IMG/VR virus record: IMGVR_UViG_3300026197_000002
Coordinates: 1 to 64,000 of that record
DNA: 64,000 nucleotides
Origin: a virus
Reading direction: 5' to 3' (one strand)
Shown piece after piece: positions 38,201 to 50,200 of this stretch; the first letter of the stretch is position 1; every line of letters starts with the position of its first letter. Below the pieces are notes generated by a model. It was not told where the DNA came from. It saw only the letters and a program-made list of their open reading frames with translations, and did no database searches. Made by a program: the position numbers and the translations under genes.

Positions 38201-41200
38201 AAAGATTCTTCACTACCCCATTTTTTTATAGCTTCTTGAACAATAGGTGTTTCTCTGTACCATGCAATATAATGATGTGCGTATTCATTAAGCAAAGTAT
38301 TATTTTTTTGATTAATTGCATCAATAAGAACTGTACTAGCTTTAGCAGCATTAACCTCATCAGTAAAACTATTATCAGCTAATAAAGATGTAATAATTTC
38401 TTCTCGTATGTTACTGTTTTTACTAAGCGTATTTGTTACTACGTTGGGTATATAATTTTCATCATAATTAGACATTGCATCATAGACTAAACTTGATGCA
38501 GGATTATCTGTAAAATAATATGCGTCATCAATATCGCCATCATAACCTTCATACTTATCTAAAATTTCTTGCGTACTTTCTATATTTTTTTTAGCAATAT
38601 AGTGAAGTAAACCTTTACCATCAGTGTTTAATTTTTTTAATATTACGTCTAAAATAACTTCTGTAGGAGAATAGTTTATACCTTCTAATGCTGACACCTC
38701 TCCTCCAAAAACCATTTCATCCATAGAATTTTCTAATCCATCATTATAAATGTAAGTTTTGATTAAATCATCTACATCTTTATTTTCATATTCTGAATAA
38801 GATGGGGTTATTACATTATATTGTCCTTTAGGTATTTTAATTTGTTGCTTTCCTACAATTCTTTTTTCTCCCTCAACATCTTCCTCATTAATATTAAAAT
38901 TATTATTATTTATATAATCTTCGTTAATTTCAATAAAATATGGATTAGTAGAATATCTACTACCATAAGATTCTGCCATAAACCTTTGTGTAGTAAAAGA
39001 TTTACCATAGTCTTTTGATAATTGTTCATAAGAAGGGTTTAAAATTAAATTACCGTCATTGTCAATTTTAGGTTTATTAGCTTGCCCTCTCCATAGAGAG
39101 TTTTTAAACTTTTGTTCAGATTCTTGTTCAAAAACTTTATCTTTATACTCATCTAATATAATTTTTTTCTGCTCTTTAGGTATTTGAAGTTCTGTAAGAA
39201 TTTTGTTTAAATCCCAATTATTCTTCTCTCCTTTACTAAATATTTGAATAGCCTTAGGAGATGCTAAAGAATCTGCAGCTTTTAATCTATAATTAATTTG
39301 ATTATTATCCTCTTGTTCCAATTTAGGGTCATTGGTAATATCTAAAGATATTTTAGGATATAATTTTGTAAGTTTGTCTTGTAATGTTTCTCTTAAAGTT
39401 TTATCATCTAAAGAATCATTAGAAGTATCAACATCATCTGTTACAGGAGCATAAGTTTCAATAGGTTCATAATATGTTAATGCTAATTCAGTATCAAAAT
39501 CTTCTTTATTATCGTGATATTCTTTTAAATCATTTGTAGCATCTTTAATTTTTTGAACAGCTAATTGCATTTCTTTTGTTTCATTAGCATTTAATATTTC
39601 ATAGAAGTTATTTTTAGCATCATTATATAAACCTTCTGCCATAGATATATCAGACTCAATACCTTCTAACATTTCTACATCATTAATATTATCAGCAATA
39701 TAATTCTTTAATTCTGTTTTATGTTCAGTTAATTCTTGTTCAAATATCCTCATTTCATCATAAGCTACCTTCATAGCATCATAAGATTGCTTATTAATAT
39801 CAGGCATAGATTTAACAGATTCCACAGCATCAGATAACTTATCTTTTAACTTTTTCTGTGTAGCATCAATAGTTAATACATTAGGTAAATATGTAGTAAG
39901 TTTATCAACATCATAATCTGACCCTGCAATACCTACTATCTCTGATGGCAACTGTATTACATTCCCTGTACTAGATGGTAGAAACTCCACAATTCTCATA
40001 TTAGCTGCACTATTAATACCTTGTGTTGGAATCCTAAATCCTACTATGGTTAATAACCTCTCATCTACTTCACCATTACGTATCATCCTATTAAACTCCT
40101 GTAAACCTCCTTTTAGACTATTAACATAGTTCTTATAACTAGGTGGTAAACTTAATCTAATTTCCATAGCCTTAGTCTTACCATCTTCTAAGGTATATAC
40201 TGATAAATCATTACTTTCTAAAAACTGCCCTTTTACCCTAGCAGCATTTTCATCTTCAAAAGTAGTAGATGCTACCTGAATAGCAGACATACCTGGTCTT
40301 TTCTCTTGTATAACCTTGTTCATTATAGCAAATAAGATATTCTCTACCTTCTTACTATTCAATAACATATCTATAGTTATACCACCTCTACGTAACTGTC
40401 TAATAGAATCTATTATATTATCATGAGAACCTCTACTATGTGCTTCATCTTCTAGTACTTTAACAAGTTTATCTTTATTATCTACCTTATACCCTAGTAC
40501 AGTACCATCTTCATCTTTAATATCTTCTATACCTAACTTCTCTAAAGTTCTATTATAAGCCTCCTCATATAAGTAATCTTGTATAGTATTGTATTCTTTA
40601 ATAAGTTCTATAGCTTTATCATTAATAGGTACACCATCTCTAATAAGATTAGATAATGCCATTTTTCTAAACTGTGTACCAGCAGTAACTTCTTTTTTAA
40701 CCTTAGGATTAATATCTACCTGTATTCCAAAGTAATTATAATTAACACCTTGTGTGGCTGATGTATAATCTTTTAATACTACATTACCTAAATCATCATA
40801 TAATTTAGCACCCTCTTTCTTATTATCTAACTTTCTACCTACTTTATTAGCAGATTCAAACTGTAACATACCTACACCAGAATCTGCCATCTGCTTCATC
40901 ATAGTAAATGACTTCTTATATCTTATACTAGGATTACCTTCACTATCCATATCTACACTATACATAGCTGATGGTAATAATGGTGCTACGGAATGCTTAT
41001 ACATAGTGGGTTTATACAATCTCTGATTCTCATTAGCATCAGTATTATATGTATTATCATTACCAAAATATTGTGTCTTTAATACCTGAACATTAAAGTC
41101 TACGCTAGGTTTCCATTCAACAATCTCTTTAATAGCTTGTTTATGCTCCTTACTATTAGGAGAACTTTCTCTAAGTTCTCTCTCATTTAACATCTTAGTA

Positions 41201-44200
41201 TATAAGTCATACTCATCCTCATATAACTTCTGATGTGTATCTAACCAATCTCCTGCTCTCCACATAGTAGACCTTACCATATCTAGTGTACCAAAGGCTT
41301 GACCATCTGCTTCTTCCATACCTAAATAAGCACTCATATAAGCAGATACTTTCTTATCTATATCTCCCTTATATCCATCTTTTTCAAACTCATCTCTAAA
41401 CATACTTTCTAAGAACTCCCTAGTAGCTTGTTTAGTATCAACTTCTATATCATCTACAATTAGTGTTTTCTCTATATCAGTATTAGCTTCACCATCAAAC
41501 ATTCTAGGGAAATGTCTATCTAAGAATGTATTAACTTCTTCACCTGTTGCAGAAGTCTTTTTAGTACCATTAGTAGCACTACCACGTTTAGTAAAATCAT
41601 CAGTACTCTTATAATATGCTAAATCCCCGTGTATTAACTTAGACATCTCTAATGAGTATGCTTCCCTATTAATTACATATTTAGCTATTAAAGCAGCTTT
41701 TGCTTCACCTGCTGTAAGGGTTATTCCAATATCTTTTCTAGCTTTAATGTATTCATCTATAAACTGCTTACTTACTACAGTATCTACTATATCCAACTCT
41801 CTAATCCTAGCAACTTCTTGTTTTACCTCCTTTAACATATAATTAGTTAGAGCTTTTCTTAAAATATTAGCAGTATTAGTATCTTGTTCTTCACCTGTAA
41901 TGAACTCTCTTATGAAAGCCATATCAGCTTCTGTATTTATTTTACCTGTATCATTTAGCTTAAATACATTATTAGTAACCTTACCATTCTCATTTATTCT
42001 AGGTAATATATTACCACCAGCATCACTACTCAAATATTCTTGTATAGTCATATTCTTTATATCCTCTACAAGTGATTCATGAGTTTCATCACTAAACAAT
42101 TGCCCTATCTTAATATCTTTAAAGAATCTTAACTCTTTACCTTTCTTATTATAATGTTTAACATCATCACCTATTTTATTAAAATGTAATTGTCTGGCTG
42201 AATGTATCTCATTGATAAGATGGTCTTTATATATATTAAATATTGAATGTTCTAAATTCTTATCATTTTCAGTTTTATTTTTCTCTCTTTTTGCTATAAG
42301 ACTTACAACATTCTCATAACTAATAGGTAATAAATTATCCTTACCAACATATACAGAATACTCTACACCTCTATCAGCAGCTCGTAGGTAGGGAATATAA
42401 CCGTGTAGAGTAGCATTTAAGTTTACAGCATATTTATCTATATCTGATAACTTTCTAGTCTTTTTACCCACATTATTAGAATCTTGATAACCATTTAATA
42501 ATGCAACATCTACTTTAACACCTTCACCAATAAGTTTTAATATCTTATTATTATTAGTTTGCATATTAAATAATTGTGGTACATCTTCTTTCAACTTATC
42601 TAATATCTTATTTTTATCAGCCTTATTAGATGTATGTTTTATCTTATTAAATACTAATGATAAATAACTGTTAAGACCAACAGCATATTCTGTTTCACCT
42701 TCACTATTGAATGCTTGTAATTCTATTTCATCTTCATACTCTTGTTGAATATCTGCTAAACGTAGTAGTAGTTTGGTTACTACAGTGCCTTTTAATTCTT
42801 TTTCTAAATCTTCTTTTGATTTAATATCAGGTAATATATTAACTAATGATTTTGTTACAGAAGAAACTTCTTCTTCTTGTTCAAGATTTTCATAATAAGC
42901 ACTATTGATATTAATACCTATGTTAGATAATTTAGTAAAATCTAATGTTCCATTTTTACTAAAATGTTGTTCTATATTAGCTTTCCAACTATCTACTAAT
43001 CTCTTAGCTACTCTTTGACCAACAGCATCAATCATTTGGAATGAACCATCTTCTGTCCTATTAAGTATTCTAAATTCTAATTTATTCTTACCAAATGATT
43101 GCATAAACTGTATCTGTAATCTAGCGTGTTCAGCATCTACAACATCTTCTGTAACTCTATTACCATTTTCATCTACACCTTTTACTACAGTTTTAACACC
43201 TAATTTACTACCTAATCTCTCTTTCAATAATTCTAATGAATATCTATCAGAATCATTTTTATCAATAAGTTCATCTATTTTTTCAATGAAGTTACTAAAA
43301 TTATTACTAGGTGTATCAGCTAAACTATTTATAATCTTATTAAAGAATGCAGAAGGATTCACTAATTCAGGAGTACCTAAAACGTTATTCCTATCTACTA
43401 CTATCTTACCATCTTGTTTTACCATTTTAGGAATACCGTATACCAACATCTTGATAGGTCTAGGTAATCCATCTTTTGAACTGAAATATATATGTGCTTT
43501 ACCTAATGGGTCATTTATCTCATCATAATCATCAGGATTTTTCTCTTTATTATCTGTTACTTCCTCATTCTTTTCATCTATATTATCATCTACTTTAAAT
43601 TCTATACCATATTGTTTTACTCTATTAGTATGTTCTTTTACTATTTCTCTCCAAGAGTCTTCTTGCATTAATATGTTTGCTATATTTTTTAAACGCTCTT
43701 TTGTTTCAGCATCATTAGTAGCTTGAAATTTTTGAACAATTTGACTAATAGTAATATTTCTTAAATCTTCTTTTGCTAAATTCAATCTACCATCTTTAAT
43801 ATCTATGGCATTATAACCATATAATTCAGATAAATTAAAATCCCTATTACCTGAAAATAAATCTTCTGCTGTACCTTCACTAAATATCTTTTTCATTAAA
43901 ACAGCACTCATACCATTCATAAGAGCTTCTGTTTCAGCAATAGTTAATTTAATATCATCTAATTCAATAGCTCTATAATCTTCTTGTGATGTAGGATTTT
44001 GACTATGTGGGGTGGTATCTTTATATTTACCAGCATCAATATTCTTATATATATCTTCTCTTGTAACAGTCTTTTTAACAAAAATGCTTTTTATCATATT
44101 CCATAATTGCTGAAATATATTTTTACGAGTTTTAGCCGTTGGCTGAATTGAACCATCAGATAACATGTATTCTCTAAACTTTTCAGCAAGATATTCTTTA

Positions 44201-47200
44201 TCAGCTAAGGTTTCTCCATAAGATTGTAGAATATCCTTGTATAACCTAGATTGTCTTTCAGTATCTGTTATCTCATCTACTAATGTTTGTTTTTCTTTAT
44301 TAGTTAAAGCATTTCTCCACACAACTTCAAAGGCTTCATGGTATGTAGTACCACCTTCTTCCATATTAGATACTACAACTTCACCTGTTGAAGTAAATAG
44401 TCCTAAACCTTTATTTCTAATTAAAGTATCAACTCTACTATATGGTACATTAGGGAATTTTTCTTTAAACCAAGAGGTTTCTTTTTCTATTTGCTTAGGT
44501 GATATTTTTACATTAGTCTTTTTAAATATAGGTAATCTAAAAGTCACATTACCTAAATCTATATTATTAATATCAGGTTTTGTTGTGTCAGATGATTTCT
44601 CTAATTCTGCTAATTTTTCATTATAGTCTTTATCAATTGCATCTTTAGCATCTTGTTCAGTTTTAAAACCCATTTTAAAACCAGGTACTTTATACACCTT
44701 TTCACCTGAAATAGTTTCTTCTTTAATATTATTTAAAGCATTATCTTTTTCTTTATTTAGTTCATCTTTTGTAGTAGCAACATTTTTAGAATCTTCAACA
44801 ACCTCTTGTTTAACAGAAGTATCAACTGTTGTAGAAGGTTTTTTCTTACTATCTTCCACAACATCTTTTTTAACCTGTTGTTTCTGGGGTTCACTAGAAG
44901 GTTCTTTCCTAGATTCTTCTATAATCTCCTGTTTTACATTAGGTATTTCAGTAGATTCATATTCATTATATACAGCAGATTTATTTTCTGCTACCTTTTC
45001 TATATTATATTTCCTCAAAGGTATACCATTATAAACCCTAGTATTAAGTACTTTATCAAATAAGTAATCTTTATATGTTGGAGATTGTTCTAACTTCAAT
45101 GTTCCATTTTTTAATACAGGATATAAGAATGGTTTATTTAACATATCTTTATTAACCATATCTACACTAACATTCTTATATTTATTAGCTAAAAAGTTTT
45201 TTAATCTGTTATATAATTTCCCTTTATTATTTTTTAAATCAGATAATCTAATAACTATTGGACTACCATCTTCAATAAAATCACCTAATTCTCCTGAATC
45301 TGTTGTGTTATCATAATTAGGGATTGTAATAGTAGGATTCTTAGGGTCAGTAAAATTAAATGATATTTGAGATTTGGGATTTTTATTACCTACTTCATAA
45401 GAAATACCATCCTTTGTAACTATAGCACCTGTACCATAGTTTAATAAACTATTAATAAGTCCTATATTATTTTTATCACTAAAAAATTTAATAGTTTTAT
45501 CATTACCATCAACAGTAGGTAATGTTATAGTAGTATTAGAAACCTCTTTTTTAGGATTTAATACATGTTTTACTAATTCAATTATAGTTTTTAAATCTTG
45601 CTCATCATCTCCCCAACGTTTTTCTGTAACAGGTATCAACCTACCATCTGCTTGTAACAATACATTCCTACCTGTTTTTTTATCTACTTCAAATTCAAAG
45701 CTATATTCATCTATTGGTATGCTATCTTTATTTTTATCTAATTTTGGGGCTATAATAACAGGTACTAACTTTCTTGACTTAGGAATATTTTTATCATCCA
45801 ATGCTTTTCTAACACTAACAGGAGAATCCATTTTAATATACTCTCCACTAGACATTGCCGTAATAGTATATACATCTCCATCATTAACATTTTTATCAGT
45901 TATTGCTTCAAATAATGGAATATATCTATTACCATTAACATCTTTTTTATTTCTAGTAGTATTAATAACAGGATTACCATCTTTATCTAAAAATACAGCT
46001 ATATGAGTAACATTCTTATTATCAATAGCTTTTTTTATTATATTTTCAGCATATACAGATTTGTTATTTTTACCTTTACTTCTTTGTAAATAATCATCTA
46101 ATAATCCTTCTTTTCTAAGAGATTCAACACTTCTTATTTTTACTTTTAATTTACCACCACCTTTTGATATATGGTCAGATATATGTTTATCTATTTGTTT
46201 TAATCTTACAGGATTGACACTTTTAGATTGTCTACTTGTATCTGATGTTAATATACTATTATCATGACTTCTAACAGCTTCTTTATATGTATTCCTAGTC
46301 CAAGACATAAATGATATAGAATCTGCTGTATTCTCTAACTTAGATACTTCTTTTACATTATCTGAACGTTTATCTAGTGAATCTTTTTCATTAGTATATG
46401 ATTCAGCTGTTTTTTTATCATTATTAGCTTTTCTCTTTTTCTCATTATCTAATTCTTCTTGTGTTTTCTCCTGTTGCTCATTAGTATCATCTAGGTTATC
46501 CTGTTTGGTACTAGGTTTTTCTTGTGTAAATTTATTATTTTCTGGCTTATAGTATTTAATTAAATCTTTATTATATTTTCCATCATTAATATCTTCTTTA
46601 GCTTCATTTTTACTAAACCAAGTTAATGGTATACCATCAATTTTTAAAGATTTTAAACCTTCTATATAATAAACTTCTTGAGTTCCTGCTGCATTAGTAG
46701 TACTTTTTAAATTCTTAATAGCTGCTGTTTTTAAATCTTCATATTCTTTATCACCTTTTTCTTGTGTAGGAGGTTTAACTTTTGGAGGAGTTTGATTCTT
46801 AACTTCAGCTATTTTAGCATCATATTTAGCATTAATCCTATCATAAGCAATTTGAAAATCTGCTTCTACCCCTAATTCAAATTTTAAATCTAACGCAAGC
46901 TGTTTTTTTATAGCTTTTACTACTTCCAAAGATTGGGTAGTTTTAGAATTTCCATTTAGTATTGATTTTATTACATCTTCTATTCTATCTGCATTTTGAT
47001 TTTTTTTCGTTACAAGTATATTTCCATCTTTATCAAATCTAGCTTCTAATACTATTTTATCTCCTACTTTTCCAATAATTTTAAGATTCTCTATATTTGA
47101 AGAATTTATATTTATATTATTGACATTTTGATAAACCATATCTGGTTTAGCATCATAGGCATCTAATTCAGCTTCTCTTTCAGATTCTAACTTCTCTATC

Positions 47201-50200
47201 TCATTTTGTTGTTGTTCTTTTAAATTAGAATCTTGATTACTTTCTTTTAAAGTTTTTCTATTCTTAACTTCAGCTATTTTAGCATTGTATTTAGCATTGA
47301 TTTCATCTTCAAATAACAGGTCATTCAAATTACTATCTATAAGCTCTTGAACAAAGTTTAATCCTTCAGAAAAAGCTATAACTTTACTACCATCTTTCCT
47401 GTTTAAATATAAATGTGCAATTATTTTCTTTAATTTTTCATCAGAAGTTCCTTTGTTTTTTTCTCTTTTTATTAAAGTTAAAATTTCTCTAATTTCATTT
47501 CTTAACTGTTTTTCTAAATCTTCTTTTGCTCTACCTTCAAAAACAGACTCGTCTATAGCTTTTAAATGAGCCATTCTTATAAGCCCTTTTGCTTTTACTT
47601 TTGAACTATTTTCTAATTCAGATTCTTTTTCAGCTTCTAATTTTTTTATCTCATCTTGTTGTTCTTGTGTAAGTTCTCCTTCTTGTGTAGTTGTAGTATC
47701 TTTTACATTAGGTTGAGTAGATGTAGATTCTAACGCTTCTAATTCTGCATCATATTTAGCATCAATTTGTTTTATAAGGGCTTCTTTAGTATCAGTATTT
47801 TTAAACCTATGTTCATCTATAGGTATAGAAATTCCCCAAGAAGTTCCTAATTTCCCTCTACGATACCAACTTATTCCTTTAATATTAGCTTTTGCTTTTT
47901 TTCTATTATCTTCTATTCTAGTTCTTTGTGAATCTATTGATTGATTATTATTAACAACATCATCTCCTTCTATTGTACCATCTTCATTAGTTAATACAGT
48001 TTCAGTACCATCATTATTTTCAGTAGGTACTTCTCTACTTTTTACAGCAACAGGTGTATGTTCCCATTCATTATTAATAGCTAAGTTATTAACATCAATT
48101 ATAAATTTATTTACAATATTTGGTACAATATCATCTTTGGTAGTAGTAGTTTCTCCCTTTTTATTTGGTTTATTAAGTTCTTCTTTACCTGCAAAAACTT
48201 GTGTTAAATTAGAAGATTTTAATATTTTATCAAATATATTATCTGCTAATTTAGATAAAGATTCAAAAGTTGATACATCTATATCTTTAAAGTTGATGCC
48301 ATTAGTAGCTTTTTCTACATAAGTTTTAAAATCTTCATTTTCAATACCTTCTACTTTACCATTTGCTTCTATAAGTTTCTTTAAAAAACTTTCACGTAAT
48401 ACATCTTTTAACTCTTTTACCGAAACTATTTTTTCCTTTAACAGACCCATAAAAGCATTTTTCTTTCCTTTAGTTTCTGCATCAGTTAATTTACTTAAAA
48501 ATTTAGATAACTGCTGTATAGCAAATACTTGTTTCTTAGATAATTGGTCATACTGTTCTTTTCCAAAATTACCATCTTTATCTAATATAGAATCTTCTGT
48601 TGCATCTGTTATATCAAACTCTTTCTGTATACCTACATTTTCAGGTTCAGTTGGTGGATTATTTTGAGCATTATCAATTTTAGCTTTTGTAGTACTTTTA
48701 GCAGATTGCACAGCAAGAGAATTTGTATTAGCTTCTGTTAAATTAGTTTCAGCTTTTTTAGCTTCTTCTTTTAATTCTTCTGCTGTTTTACTATTTTTTA
48801 TATTAGTAGTAGCTTCATTAACTGCTAACTCCTTAATTTCTTTATCTCTTTTTTTATTAGCTTTATCTATCTTTTTAGCAGTCTTTTTACCTTCTTTTCT
48901 AAAACCTTCTATAATAGATTCTTTATTCTTTTGGAAATCTTTAATCTTATCCAAGGTGTTACTATAACTTTCTAGGATACCCTTGTGATACCTAACTTCT
49001 TTACTGTCGTCTTTATTTAATGCAATATCAACAGCTCTTTTAGTAACATCTTTATCTACTAATCCTTGTAAATATTCAGTTGCTTCTTCTGGTTTAATTT
49101 CATCTATTAAACTTTGTAACTCATCTTTAATAGAATCTAATTCTTTATCTATTTTATTAATCTCTTCATCTTTTGTTGCATTAGCAAGTTCTGCATTTTT
49201 ACTTTGAGCTTTTCCTTTAAGAGTTTCTATTTTATCAGTAATACCTTCTCTTTTCTTATTAATCTTTTCTAATTCTTTAGCAGCATCTTCTCCAAATACA
49301 TTAGATACTTCTTTTGGGTCATTTAATATATCATTAACCGTATTATTAAATTCTTCCTTTTGTGTATAATCTTCTAAGAACTTTTGAGATTTTACAACAT
49401 CTTCTTGCATAATATTAGCCCTTGTAATAAATGCAGATAAATGTCCTGTATATAAAGCATTAGCTATATCATCTGATTGTTGCATAGCTTGTAAATCAGA
49501 TAATACCTTAATACCTTCTTTTACATGCTTAGCTTTTTTCTTAGCTATATCTTTATAATTCTCACCACCAAATTTCTCCAATTCAGCATCTGTATAATCA
49601 GTTAATCCTTTTAATTGTGCCTCTGTATAGTCAGGTACATTTTCTAAATTATTATAATCACTAACATATTTATCAAGAGCTTCTCTATCTTTTTCAGGTA
49701 CTCTCTCTAATACTTTTGAAATTCTAGCTTCATCTTTTTGGTCTAAAATAATCTGAAAATCTTTTTCAGACATATTTACCCCAAATTTTAAAGTATCATA
49801 ATCTTTTGAAAGTTGTTCAAGATATTTAGCTTTTTCTGTAACACTATTATCAGCTTTTTGAGCTTCTTCAAATGATGCTAGTAAATGCTCCCCCACCCCT
49901 GTAGAAAAAGCTCTTTTCATAGTTAATTCAAATAAGTCATCTTGTAGATTCTTCAAACCTTTCCTAGATTTCTCCATATCTTCCAAGTTACCACTATCAT
50001 TAACTTTATCATACAAGTTAGATATTTTATTAGTAATATTTTCATAAGCCTGCATATCAGAAATCATACTATTACGTAGAGTTCCATATTGCTCTTTAAG
50101 GTCTTCTGTGCTAGTATCAGGTTTTGAAATAGCATTCATAATAACCTTTTGACCACCACCACCTAATGCACCTAATGTAAAAGCTAATGCTCCTTCTTCA

